The notes beneath the pieces were generated by a model. The model saw only the letters and a list, made by a program, of their open reading frames with translations. It was not told the DNA's origin and did not search any database. A program made the position numbers and the translations under genes. This document shows, one piece after another, positions 38,138 through 51,399 of a DNA stretch of 64,000 nt. Numbering within the stretch: position 1 is the first letter of the stretch; every line of letters starts with the position of its first letter. The DNA comes from Octopus sinensis (lineage: Eukaryota): assembly GCF_006345805.1 (NCBI RefSeq), contig NC_043014.1, positions 33,418,001 through 33,482,000 on the forward strand, given 5' to 3'.

Positions 38138-39242
38138 ACGTGTGTGTTTGTACCCATCCACTGCTTGATGACAAGTGTTGGGTGTTTATGCCCCTGTAAG
38201 TTAGTGGTTTGGCAAAAGATCCCAATAGAATAAGCACCAGACTTAAAAACAAATACTAGAATTGATTATTCCAACTACACCCTTCAAGGTGGTGTCCCAG
38301 CATGGTCACAGTTCAACGACTGAAATAAGTAAAAAAATTAAAAAAAGATATTATCTATTACAGCCACCAATATTTGATAGAAATTGTTCCTAAGTATTAT
38401 TATGTATGTGTGAATATGTTTCTTTGCTGTATTGGTGTATTATTATCTATTATTGGTAATAAATATTTGATAGAAGTCGCAAGGCTATGTAACAATATGT
38501 GTGTGAGAATGGATGTCTCTGTTTACATGGTCAATATATGTATGCATTTTGTACTCTTAACTGTTATAATCACCAATTATCATCATCATTGTTTAACATC
38601 CGCTTTCCATGCTGGCATGGATTGGATGATTTAACTGAGGTCTGGTGAACCAGATGGCTGCACCAGGCTCCAATCTGATTTGGCAGAGTTTCTACAGCTT
38701 GATGCCCTTCCTAATGCCAACCACTCTGAGAGTGTAGTGGGCGCTTTTATGTGCCACCGGCACGGGGGCCAGTCAGGTGGTACTGGCAACGACCTCGCTC
38801 AAATCTTTTTACACATGCCACCGGCACAGGTACCAGTAAGGCGATGCTGGTAACAATCACACTCAAATGGTGCCTTTTATGTTCCACTGGCACAGAAGCT
38901 GGTTAGCCGCTCTGTCAACGATCACACTCGTATGGTGCTCTTTGCACCCCGCTAGCACGGATGCCAGTCATCGAATTTGATTTTGATTTCACTTGCCTCA
39001 ACAGGTCTTCAAAAGCAGAGTTTAGTGTCCAAAGAAGGAAAAGGTATGCATAAGTGGGCTGGTTATGCCCCTGGCATAGGCCATGAGGTTATGGTCTCAT
39101 TTGGCTTGCAAGATCTTCTCAAGCACAGCATATTTCCAAATTTCTGCTTCTTTACAATAAAGAAGTGGAATTGAACCTGTGTGTGTGTGTTATTGGTGTA
39201 ATGACCCTCCCAAGACAACAACATTTTGAAGAATATATAAAG

Positions 39243-39620
39243 AAGGAAAATAGAAAGCTTCTGACAATATGGAAAGTTTTATAAAGCCTTTATATTTCAG
39301 GTGCAAAGGCTTATCTTCAGAAGAAAAACAGTTTGGAAAATGTCCAGTTATGCAGGTTCTGTTAACCTACTCAAACCCCCTGGCATTATGTAGCAGCAGT
39401 GGAATTAGTGGAATTGATGCTTCAAGGTTTGGTGTAAACAAATTTCCAACTATTGCTACAATGCTTGGAGCATTGATTAGACCTATGTTTGGAGAGTGAC
39501 TGCTGCTGCTACATAATGCCAGAGGATTTGAATGGGTTAACAGAACATGGGCCTTTGCAGCTGAAATATAAAGGTTTTATAAAACTTTCTGCATTCTCAA
39601 AAGCTTTCTATTTTTTCTGT
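39243..39620. repeat. Diverged foldback element
   Basis: 39243-39310 pairs with 39551-39620 and 39352-39400 pairs with 39499-39549. Confidence 0.85.
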
Positions 39621-39759
39621 TTTTACCTTCTTCTATATTACAATGCTTCAAGTGAACTACAACACTCTACAACAAAATTTGTTTCAACACACAAATTCAC
39701 AACAAGAATCTTGCAAATTATAAAATTAAATGAAATATGTTTTAGGAGTAGATTTTTAC

Positions 39760-39915
39760 CTTGCGTACATCCACCTCAGCATCATTTAAATGTAACAACA
39801 AACTAACAAAATTTGAATGAATTTGTTCCAGTATGGCTGCTTTTGATTGTCCTCCTCCAAATCTGGACAAATTGCCAAACAGTAGGATTGCTTCAGCACG
39901 CACACAAGGCACTTC
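39760..39915 (-). CDS. MROH1: MROH1 coding exon, 156 nt, phase 0-0
   Basis: ttacag|GAA...AAG|gtaaaa; EVPCVRAEAILLFGNLSRFGGGQSKAAILEQIHSNFVSLLLHLNDAEVDVRK. Confidence 0.93.
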
Positions 39916-41438
39916 CTGTAAAGATAGAGAATGGAAAGAAAGAAGAGAGAAAGTGAAAGATTATTATTAATAATAAGGTGAGAGGAATATCGTATATGTT
40001 TGTGAGAGCAGACTGGAAACTTTTGAAAGATGGATTTTTGCCTGGAGATATGAATGTTACTAAATTCTTTGGATGGAAGCAGACACTTCTTCCACAGCAG
40101 CTTACATTGCCATAAAAGGCAGTCAACAATAGAAGAGATGTTGGGCATTCAAAATTGGCTTATCTATTTTCTTCATTGATCTCTGTCTGCAGTAATGTCG
40201 GTGGTGGCGGCAGCGCTGTCTAACTTCTGATTTTCATACTGGCATGGGTTGGATGGTTTGATAGGATCCAATGAGCCAGTTGGCTGCTTCAAGATCCAAT
40301 GTCAGCTTTGGCATGGTTTCTATGGCTGGAAGCCTTTCCTAATACCAACCACTTTGGTGAGTATACTGGATGCAGTTTCACTAATTATTTACATTTGGTT
40401 GGATCACTGACTTGGGAAATATATATCTTTAACAAACTTCCTCTAACATAAGGTTGTATAACTTTACTCTCTATATTCAAAAGAATGGCCAGTGGTGCAT
40501 TTGGTCTTAAAGATAGATCTGGTCAAAATTAGTACTTTGGAATATAAATTCCTCCCCCTCTCCCTCTCTCACACATATGCAAACACACAGAGGAAAAACA
40601 TACAAACACATACATAGATCATCATCATTATTTAACATCTATTTTCCATGCTGGCATGGGCTGGATGGGTTGACAGGAACTGGTAAAGCCAAGGCGGTGG
40701 GGTCACACCAGGGTCCATTATTCTAGCTTGGTTTCTATGGCTGGATCTTCTTCCTAATGCCAATCACTTTACAGATTATACTGAGCACTTTTCATGTGGC
40801 ACCAGCATGAAGTGCTTTTAACATGGCACCAATCTCAGATGGTAGACTTAAACCAATACCTGGTTCATCACCAGCACCTGGTCTTTACACCTTTAGTGGT
40901 GTTCACACTGTTACAAGTATTTACACAAGATAACTTAAACTTTCCTTTTACCAGGAACAGTGACTGTGAAAAGGGTCACAAGACCCATACATTTTCTTTT
41001 GACTAAGTCATTAAAAAACCCAGAAAAAAGGTTACTAATATAGTGCCTAAAGTTCTTAATCCTCTGCCTCAGGAGAAAATACTACATTAGCTTTAGGGTC
41101 AATGAACAATGGCTATTATTTTAATATCGTTATATTTGAGGATGGTCATTTTTTTTACTGTTGCCAAAAGACCACATACAAAAAAATACTCATTTTTCAC
41201 TTTAACTTTATTATTATTCAAATTTAAGAGTCTCTGAAATTTTTGTCACACATCCTGTGACCTCTTCAATGACTCTACCTCAAGTGTCTCCTCCTGTTCT
41301 GTTTAATGGACTAAACAAAATAGAAGATGCATGCGATGGAGAGTCACTGAAGAGGTCATAGGCTATGTGATGAAAGATTTCAGATAAAGGATACTAAAAT
41401 AATAATAATAATAATAATGATAACAACAACAACAATAA

Positions 41439-41967
41439 TGCCCTAATGCAGTACCAAGCAGTGGCTCTCATGGCTTCTGATCTTCACTGATTGGAAGTGT
41501 TATCATGTACATTGTTTTGTCTTGGTATAAAAGATGAGCTACAGCAAATATTCTGCTCAATACCACAGATTTGCTTGTCAGTTGTTTGACCTTAACCACT
41601 TGAGCATGTCCCTTAGTGGCTGACGATATGTGTATCTCTGACCATGACCAGAAGTAGTGGGGGAGCATTATAGTCATGTGTTGAGAGGGATTCTCAACAT
41701 GGGTGTTTCGCTCAACATCCTTAAACAACCTTTATTCATGGACCTTTTGAGCGGGATGGGTTACTTGACCAGAAGAAAATTCTAACTGGGCCCCACCTGC
41801 AAGGTCATGTGCTGTTTATCTTGATATGAGATCACCATGTCGCGCACATATGGTTGTGATGCATGTGCCTGGTGTACCCTTATCAAATGGGTAGTCATGA
41901 TGGGTATACTGGGCTTCGTATATTTTACCCCAGTGTCACTTTGATGGCATGCACTGCTCTCTCACTC

Positions 41968-41970
<3 letters not shown>
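41439..41970 (+). mobile_element. (AAT)n-embedded retroposon unit, probably the 3'UTR of an RLE LINE
   Basis: Homologous to 1830-2290 (reverse) and 55750-56020; ends ctctctcactc(aat)n and is flanked by AAT/AAC repeats on both sides. Confidence 0.65.
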
Positions 41971-42000
<30 letters not shown>

Positions 42001-42439
42001 GCTGAAGTGAAAAATGAGCATTTTGTTGTTTGTGGTTTACTAGCAAAAAAAAAAATCTTTAAAATGACCATCCCCAAATATAACAATATCTGTTTCAACA
42101 CATGATTTCACATCAGAAATCTTGCAAAACAAATACATAAATATATTCATTAATAGTTTTTCAAAACCCATAGGAGTTCTTGCATGGAGTAGATTTGAAT
42201 AACATTTGACATTTTACTCTGTAACATTCCAGATGGCCCAACATCACTGCAAGACACACATATGAGAACAGTAACAAGAAAATCCCTCATTGGTCAAGTA
42301 CTGAACACAGAATGAAGTCTACAACAGCACTGATGGTGGTACTCCAGCATGGCAACAACATCTCACTGACTCAAAATCCAGTAAAAGAGTACAAACAAAG
42401 ACACAAACATGTACAAATGCACACACTCACACAAAGATC

Positions 42440-42499
42440 AATACAAAAAAAAATGACAGATGACAACAATGATGATGATGATGGTGATGATATTAATGG

Positions 42500-42530
<31 letters not shown>

Positions 42531-42765
42531 GAGGATGATATGACGATTATGACGATAACCACAGTAATGGTAATAATGCTGCAACAGATAACAGTTGATG
42601 ATGGCAATGATGATGACGATGATGATGATGATGATGATGATGCTGCTGCAGATAATAATCGAGATGATGTTAGTTATGATAATTGCTATGACGATGACAA
42701 TAATGACGACGATGATGATGATGGTATTGATGTTGATGATGGTAACATCAACAATAACAAAAAAA
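42440..42765. repeat. Compound (GAT/GAC/AAT)n low-complexity tract next to a donor site
   Basis: Seen directly in the sequence. Confidence 0.9.
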
Positions 42766-42773
42766 TAACTTAC

Positions 42774-42962
42774 CTTCTCAAAACACGGACGAATTTTAAG
42801 GATGACATTGATGAGGATTGAGCGTATGTCCTCCTCATCAATAACCGACATGACCCGAGACAGACCTCCCATCGCCTCCATTGTGATGTTGTCATTAATG
42901 TCTTCTTTATCATCAAGACCAGACATCAAAGCTGACAGAACTGTTGTAGAATATTTCTGAAT
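42774..42962 (-). CDS. MROH1: MROH1 coding exon, 189 nt, phase 0-0
   Basis: atgaag|ATT...AAG|gtaagt; IQKYSTTVLSALMSGLDDKEDINDNITMEAMGGLSRVMSVIDEEDIRSILINVILKIRPCFEK; conserved GLDD and IRP.F motifs. Confidence 0.93.
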
Positions 42963-43308
42963 CTTCATCACAGCAGAGAATGGAAATAGAAAGAAAAATA
43001 TTACTTTTTTTTGGTGATTTTTAAAAATGTCATTTGGGGTAAAGGAACAGCCCCATCTTCATCATGATCTAATTCCACAGAGCAGTTTAGACTGAGGTGG
43101 TCAATGCCCACCCCAACCCAGCCCAAACATATGCAGGTCAATATCTACAGGAAGAAATGTGGATGATGTACATGCTTACAGTGGAGTAAGCTAAAGATGC
43201 CCCAAAATCAGATTTTACTGTTATTAAATCCCAGATCAGCCCTGAAGGAGTAAACAGGATTATGATCAAAGGTGCATCAAGCCATTATCATACCATCTTT
43301 TCTTCTTA

Positions 43309-43686
43309 GGTGCAGGAGTGGCTGTGTGGTAAGTAGCTTGCTTACCAACCACATGGTTCTGGGTTCAGTTCCACTGCGTGGCACCTTGGGCAAGTGTCTT
43401 CTACTATAGCCTTGTGAGTGGATTTGGTAGACGGAAACTGAAAGAAGCCCATCGTATATATGTATTTGTATATATATATGTGTGTGTGTGTGTGTGTTTG
43501 TCCCCCTCAACATCACTTGACAACTGATGCTGGTGTGTTTACGTACCAGTAACTTAGCAGTTCAGCAAAAGAGACTGATAGAATAAGTATTAGGCTTACA
43601 AAGAATAAGTCCTGGGATCGATTTGCTCGACTAAAGGCGGTGCTCCAGCATGGCCACAGTCAAATGACTGAAACAAGTAAAAGAGA
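43309..43686 (+). mobile_element. tRNA-derived SINE family A with internal (TA)n(TG)n microsatellite
   Basis: A-box-like tggctgtgtggt, B-box-like ggttcagttcc, tail gactgaaacaagtaaaaga. Other copies at about 10430-10850(+), 11303-11677(-), 12953-13417(+), 15795-16170(+), 31570-32020(-), 32875-33250(+), 37140-37330(+), 49720-50132(-), 54242-54630(-), 60340-60530(-). Confidence 0.85.
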
Positions 43687-44719
43687 ATTAGACACCTCAG
43701 TAATATTATTCAATGTGTTCTTTTATCATATGGTAGGGTATGAGTATAAGGAGAAATTCCCGGCTATTTCAGCATGTTGAGTATCCACATGAAGGCTCCA
43801 CAATGGGTGGTCTTGAAGAGAGCAATGTGTTATGTCTATGCACCTACCACCCCTTTCAACAAATCCTTACTATGTTAAACTTCAGCCTCATTTCTACATA
43901 CAAATCTCTATTCAAATTGTCTTATCTTTCCTTCCCAGTTGAAAAACCTGTCAAGGCTGATACCTGATAACAAACACCAAGAGCCGTTTTTATTTTTAGT
44001 TTTTCAATGAAGGAGCAAGTCCACTTTAACACAATCACTGGTATTTGGGGCCCTTAGCAATAATAGTTTTATTTCAAGCACTTGGACCAAATACTTGGTT
44101 TTCTCTCCCCATTTATAGTTTTCCCTGCATATGCCTGGGCTGGGCAACATCAGTCACCTCAATCTTACTAGTCTGGTAAAAAGGAGTATATATGTTCAGA
44201 CAGGATAACATCAGTTACATCAGAATTACCTGTCAGGTAGAAGGATCTGCACATAAATTTAGACTTAGACTGAGTAATATCAATCACCACATCAATCTCA
44301 CTTAGGAAAGTAGTATGCAAAGATTTATGGGCTCTGGTCCTCTTCACCATACAAACAGATACAAAAACATCCTGATAGTTAGGTAACTGAACAGGACATT
44401 TAAAAATTTAGAGGCTTATTCCTGGACACAGTATACCACTAGTGTCAAGATGGGAACTACTGACCTCCTACTGACCTTCTGAGCTGGTAGCTCCCAAGTC
44501 ACATTGATTTCAAATTTTGGTACAAGGCTAGCAATTTGGGGAAGGGGAACAGTTGATTACATTGACCCCCAGTGTACAACTGGTACTTATTTTATCGACC
44601 CTGAAAGGATGAAGGGTAAAGTCAACCTTTGCAGAACTTGAACTCAGAATGTAAGGATGGTCAAAATGTCACTGAGCATTTTGCCCAGCACAATAATGAT
44701 TCTGCCAGCTCACTGGCAT

Positions 44720-45830
44720 CTTAAGACTTTGCATCCAACATCTTAAGACTTTACGGTCAACATCTTAAGATTTCACATCTGACATCTCATGACTTCAGAT
44801 CCACTGCCTTAACAATTCACATCCAACATCATAAAACTTCACATCCACCATCTTAAGACTCCCAAGTCATATCAGTGAGGTCATTGGTAGCTTTCATAAC
44901 TCCATATCTTCAGTCTAAATAACAATATACATGCCAACCTATTGTAACTACACATCCTTCACATGACTTCACATTCATTGTATCCTAACTTTACATTGAT
45001 AACTTCCTAACATCATGCCTAACTTCTTACAACATCGTATTGAACTTCAAGTCTTCACATTTAACATCTTAAGACTTCACATCTACCATCTTAAGATTTC
45101 ACATCCAACAACATAAGACTTCACATCTAATATCTTAAGACTTTACAACCAGCATCTTAAGACTTTACAACCAACATCTTAAGACTTTACAACCAACATC
45201 TTAAGACTTTACAACCAACATCTTAAGACTTTAAAACCAACATCATAAGACTTTACAACCAACATCTTAAAACTTTACAACCAGCATCTTAAGACTTTAC
45301 ATTCAACATCTTAAGATTTCACATCCAACATCTCATGACTTCAGATCCACCACCTTAAGGCTTCACATCAACATCATAAAGCTTCACATACATCATCTTA
45401 AGACTAGATCCAACATTTAATGTAACAACTCCATATCCAACATTTACAACACATAATAACTCCACATTCAATATGTTATAAATCTGTATCAGCTATGTCA
45501 TAAATCCTATTCCACATATCATAACTGCACATCCAACATATAACTCCACATTCAAATTATGATAACTCCATATCCAACACATCATAACTACACATCCAAA
45601 CTATCAAAAACCTGCAACCGACATATCCTAAACTTTTTATTCAACATGTTATAACTACATCCAAACTATTATAATTCAAAATCCAAAACATCATAATTCC
45701 ACAACCAATATATAACTAAATGTCATAACCTTCACATCAATACAATTATAATTCCTTATCCAATACATCATAACTCTAAATCCATCGTATAACTTAACAT
45801 CCAAACTATCATAACTCCATATTTAGCACA
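44720..45830. repeat. 22-bp minisatellite (aacatcttaagactttacaacc) with degenerate flanks
   Basis: Near-perfect units at 45130-45300 (aagactttac at 45181 and 45203), decaying outward. Confidence 0.9.
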
Positions 45831-45925
45831 ATTGATATTTTATATCTTTATATCATTGGACAGAAGAATACCATATGCTCTTTATACCTTAAGTAATTAA
45901 AGACAACACTATTATTTCTACTTAC

Positions 45926-46072
45926 TAAGTCTTTACCCATGCTGGCAATATTACCGAGGCCTCGTATACAATACATTCGAACTATATGGGAGCTGTCCAC
46001 CATCCGACTCAATAAACCATTGATAATTGATTCAATAAGAACTGTTTTTTCTGGACATTTCTGGTTGATGAG
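45926..46072 (-). CDS. MROH1: MROH1 coding exon, 147 nt, phase 0-0
   Basis: ttacag|CTC...TTA|gtaagt; LINQKCPEKTVLIESIINGLLSRMVDSSHIVRMYCIRGLGNIASMGKDL (HEAT repeat, D..VR...RGLGN). Confidence 0.92.
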
Positions 46073-46659
46073 CTGTAAAAATATAGTTAAGACATGAAAA
46101 ACAATTTACAAAAAAAAAAGAACAATTTACATAAATAAAAAACAATTTACAAAACAGCGTTGGAAGGGGGTAGAATAGTGGTGGTGGTGGGGGAGGTGAT
46201 GGTGGGGGAGGTGATGGTGGGGGTGATAATAATGGTGATGGTGGCAGTGATAGTGGTGGTGTTATTTAGTGTCACAGTTGGTGACATCAGCAATTGTAAG
46301 ATAAATTTTTGATTATCATTCCATAGTTAAGGTTATTGAATTGTTGTTGTTATTGTGTACACCCACCAAGCCAATATCTTTTAAATGAAGTACTCTAGAA
46401 GTGGAGAAGGAGCAATGCTTGTCGCCTTTTCAAAAAAGAGATAACCAGATTGATCAACGCACTACAATTTCTGATCTACAGATATACTTTCCCCACACTC
46501 TGTCTTTTCATCACTAGTACTATAATGAGCTTTGGTTTTGCTCCATTGGCAACATTCTGCTTCCAGTCTCTATCCTGTCCATGATCATGTCTTTGCCAGA
46601 ATTGGGTAGGTTTTGATTTGTTGCAGTTTCTGTAATCAGCTCAATTTTTATGGGGGTAG

Positions 46660-46930
46660 GGGATGAAATAAGATGCAGACACTGGAAGTGGATCAGACAT
46701 GTCCTCTGAAAAGATCAAGAAAGCGATTGTATGGTGAGACTAAAGTGGTAGCCCGAGGGGTAAAGAGCAGCAGGGTGCCCTAAAACCACATGGTGAAGGA
46801 CCACTGACAAGGGAAGGAGATGAGAAAGGTGGAGAAGCTAGAATGAGACCAGAACAGTGGCAGGAAACTGAACTGGCTGGAGAGATCACGTTGCAGACTT
46901 AAGGCCCCATAGCACGGAGAAAACTAACTA
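46660..46930 (+). mobile_element. RTE-like LINE C-terminal relic
   Basis: WKWIRHVL...LKW.PEG...GCPK.TW pattern. Confidence 0.5.
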
Positions 46931-48945
46931 ACTATAATGGCCTCTGCTTCTCTGAATGTTACTTCCACTTGTGTTCAGTCATATCATAAGCTGTACCCTA
47001 ACCACTTTTTCAAATCTTTTCTTCTCAGATAGTATTATTATCAAGAAAGTTGGTAGAGAGAACTTTCAAAGATCATGGAAACTAACCCTTCTTCTCAACC
47101 AGACAGGGCTCCCTTAAAGTGGTTTGGTTTATTTGTAGTTGATGTTGACTTGTAAGGTCAATGATTACAGCAAAATTGTGGGCAGGAAAGGAATTCAATA
47201 ATATTGTAAGGAATTTTGTACAGGGTTTGATCTGGGTGAAAAGGTTATGCCTCTGACACTCACAAGCCCTCAAATTTGTTCAGTCTGGATGGAAGAGCTA
47301 TGCACATAATTTTCACAAGCCTTCCAAGATGTTTGGGATGTGAGATATAGTAAAGAGGTGGCAATGAATGCTGTTGCTTAGCTCTAGATCAACTCTGATC
47401 AAACAGAGCTATGATCAAAGGCTTTCCAACAGTGGTCACCTATCATTTTGTTTCAGATAATTTATCTAGAAGTAAATCATCTACTGTGTCTTTTCCTTTA
47501 TTTTAAAATGGGGAAGTATTATTTGAGTTTTAACTACTACGTCTAGCAGAGTAATCAACCACATAGGGGTACCATCATTGACTTGTATGTCAGTGAATAG
47601 ATATGGTTACTGTGTCTAGGGCAGGGTAAGTGATTTGTTACATGGATGTCTTGCAAACAACTTGCACATACAAGTGCTACCAGTCAAAAACTCCGTATAC
47701 CTGAAGCCAGCAAGTGTATGGGGTCATCAGGAGAGAATGCGCGCTGTTTTGGGACCTACCTCTCGATGGCATCAATGCGCACTGGCCCCCCTCACTGATA
47801 TGAGGCCCCGCTTGCTAGATCAGCTGGTTATCAAATAAAGCTCAATATCCTTCTAGCCATCGCTCATCGTCTCTTTTTAACCAAATCCAGTGGCTAGCCT
47901 TTTTCACTGTAGATTGGATATTGGTCAGATGGTGACTGTTTCATTAGGTATATTTAAATTTCATCATTAGTAGAGTTACTTAACTCTTTTTAACTATTCA
48001 GATTACTCAGTCAAATGTCATGCTTATTTATTCCTATTGTTTTTGAATGAATCATGCATTATGTTACAGCTTCAAGATGCGATTCAGTGATGCGATTTTT
48101 CATTTTTGGAATAACATTGTTCAGTAGGGGTGGGAGGCTGGATCTGTTTAGTCTGAACATAAAACAGGTGGAATATTTAGGCCGGATATGGCCAGTTTAG
48201 ATGTTAAAGAGTCAAAGAACTGTGTTAATGTGGGTGAAATGAGTGTTGTGGGTACTTTGAGGTGTTGTGGGAATTTTGTGAAGTTGGGGTATGTTGTAGT
48301 ATTGAGGGTATTTTGAGCAGTTGTGGTTACATTGTAGAGTTGTGAGTATTTTATGGTGTTGTAATTCATTACTGTTACAATTTGGATTAGTCATCATCAT
48401 CATCATCATCGTTTAATGTCCGTTCTCCATGCTAGCATGGGTTGGATGGTTCGACCGGGATCTGGGAAGCCAGAAGGCTGCACCAGGCTCCAGTCTGATC
48501 TGGCAGTGTTTCGTGAAATAAATAATAATATTTAAAGTGTGTGTGTGTATGTTAGAGTGTGCAGGAGGCAATAATATAGAGAGATAGAAAGAGAAAGAAG
48601 AGAAAACATATATAGATAGCAATTTAGACAAATACAAACTGTCTGACAGACAGTTAGATGGTAATCTTGTAGATGAACAATACAGACAAAAGAGGTATAG
48701 GGGCAAGGATAAACAGGGAGTCAAAGATAGAATACAGATAGTCAGACAGACATGCAGATCAACAGATAAACATACAGAAAAATAGATATAAAAACATTGA
48801 CAAATAAACAACAGATTAAATGAAAGGCAAGCGAGCAGGCATATACTTATGCAGGTAAACAATATATATATATATACTTATATACATATATACACATACA
48901 TACATCTATATTTTGAGTTCTATTTTTCCTGTTTGCATCAACATA

Positions 48946-49003
<58 letters not shown>

Positions 49004-49531
49004 ATTGTGGGATAGTAATCTTTTTTTTTGTTTTTTGTTGGTTTTTTTTGGCTAAATAAACACTTGCACTATTAGCATGTGTGTTCATTTGGCAAAGAAA
49101 AAAAAATGACCATCCTGAAATACAATGATATCTGTTTCAACACATAGTTTCACATCAGGAATCTTGCAACATAAATTCATAAACATATATATATATATAT
49201 ATATATATATTGTTATACTTGGGGATGGTCATATTTTGCCAATTAAACATGCACACTATATAATTTGATCTTCACTTCAGCTTTATTATAATTCTTATTT
49301 TAGTTTCTTTGTCTGAAATTGTTGAAGCGGTCACAGGATGTGTGATAAATGATTTCAGACAAAGGAAATTAAAGTAAGAATAATGATAAAGCTGAAGTGA
49401 AGACCAAGTATATAGTACCTGTGGTTAATTGGCAATATATATATATACGTTGACAAAGAGAAAGACAGAGAGACAGTAAGAAAGACATCAAGATCAATAG
49501 ATTAAAGAAAGAATATAAGAGATAGATTTAC

Positions 49532-49646
49532 CTCAGCATAGAAAGCAGCAGTCACTATTCTCTGGGGCTCATGATAACTAGGTAAAGCAGGGTGTAGAGT
49601 AATAACAATCTGAGGTATAAAGTTGGGGTTGTTTTGTGAAAGAGTT
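49532..49646 (-). CDS. MROH1: MROH1 coding exon, 115 nt, phase 2-0
   Basis: ttacag|A...GAG|gtaaat; 38 codons ending ...NNPNFIPQIVITLHPALPSYHEPQRIVTAAFYAE, matching the QRVTTTAFLAE-type MROH1 motif. Confidence 0.85.
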
Positions 49647-50986
49647 CTGTAAAAGATAGAGTTGAACTAATTAGGTTGGTGTATGTGGTGATGTCAATGA
49701 TTGAATTAATCAGGTATGTATATTCTTTTATCTTTTACTTGTTTCAGTCATAAGACTGTGGCCATGTTGGAGCACTGCCTTGAAGAAATTTTAGTTGACT
49801 GAATCAGCCCCCAGTATTTATTTTTTTTAAAAGCCTGATAGTAATTCTTTCAGTCTGTTTTGCCAAACTGGTAAGTTATGGAGACGTAAACACACCAACA
49901 TCGGATGTCAAGTGGTGGTGGTGGACAAACATAGATACAAAAGCACACACACACACACTCACATGTATATATGACAGGCTTCTTTCAGTTTCTGTCTACC
50001 AAATCTACTCACAAGGCTTTGGTCGGCCTAAGGCTATAGGACAAGGCACTTGCCTATGATGTCACACAGTGGGACTGAATCTGGAATCATGTGGTTGGGA
50101 AGCAAGCTTCTTCTCACACAGCCACACTTGCATCTATATTGTCAAGTTTGTTGTAAATATTTATCATCATCATCATTGTTGTAATCTACATCATTATCAC
50201 ATATTGTTATGGTAATGGTTATACAATATAGAACTGATTGTTGTGGTTACCCCAACTGAAAGTTCATAGTTTAAAGTTGAAATTTGCAATCCACTCTCAA
50301 ATCTTTGGTCAGCATGGAGCTACAGTGGAAGACACTTGCCCAGGGTCACACACAATGGGACTGAACCTGAAACCATGTGGTTGGGAAGCAAACTTTTAAA
50401 CCATACAGCCATGTCCACACCTCATACAGTAAAAATTTTGTAAGGTAGGGGACCATAGTAAATTCAGCAGACAGTGGTATATGTTTCTTGTAGATACCTA
50501 TATTATTGAACACAGTGGGATGAGAGGCAAAACCAACCCAGGTGAAATTAGAACTCAGACCCATGAAAGTTGTAACTAGATACTGCAAGGTCTTTAGGTC
50601 ATTGTTATGATGTTTTGCTACTCCTCTACTTTAGAATATGTTAACAATTAATCTGTCTTGATCTTCCAAACCCTCAGTAATTATTAATCCAAGCTTGAAA
50701 TTTCCTCAGCAGCTCGTCAATAATCTTCAGGTTGAATTAAGCTTTATTGTTCATCTATAATCTAAACTATTGTTCTAGTGTGGTCTAAAAATGTGATATT
50801 GATGATGTTATTGTTAAACTTTACCTCAGTCACGAGCTTGTAGATGTCTGATCAATGGTATTTTAGCTATAATCAACCTGTATTAGCCGATGGTAAAGTG
50901 CATTCATGATTATATTACTCTAGATACACAGATGTCCTTCTTTTAAAAGTAGTAGGGTATATGAAGGAAACTTGGATGTTGTTTCT

Positions 50987-51399
50987 TATTTCTTTATTGC
51001 CCACAAGGGGCTAAACATAGAGGGGACAAACAAGGACAGACAAACGGATTAAGTCGATTACATCGACACCATTGCATAACTGGTACTTAATTTATCGACC
51101 CCGAAAGGATGAAAGGTAAAGTTGACCTTGGTGGAATTTGAACTCAGAATGTAATGGCAGACGAAATACCTATTCTTTACTACCCACAAGGGGCTAAACA
51201 CAGAGGGGACAAACAAGGACAGACAAACGGATTAAGTCGATTACATCGACTCCAGTGTGTAACTGGTACTTATTTAATCAACACCGAAAGGATGAAAGGC
51301 AAAGTTGACCTCGGCGGAATTTGAACTCAGAACATAATGGCAGATGAAATACGGCTACGCATTTCGCCTGGCATGCTAACGTTTCTGCCAGCTTGCTGC
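50987..51399 (-). mobile_element. SINE family B tandem dimer with a single 16-bp TSD
   Basis: cttggatgttgtttct at 50971-50986 and 51400-51415; the two bodies join at gaaatacc|tattctttac. Confidence 0.85.

Noticed and set aside
39269-39499. Plus-strand ORF with an acceptor-like tttcag
   Set aside because: It lies within a foldback element whose mirrored arm gives the same peptide on the other strand; no partner exons.
42438-42773. Poly-Ile hydrophobic extension of ORF 42438-42971
   Set aside because: It is read-through of a perfect gtaagt donor into an (ATC)n tract; only 42774-42962 resembles MROH1.
43700-44500. Possible APE-endonuclease LINE relic on the minus strand
   Set aside because: Only vague motif similarity; too decayed to call.
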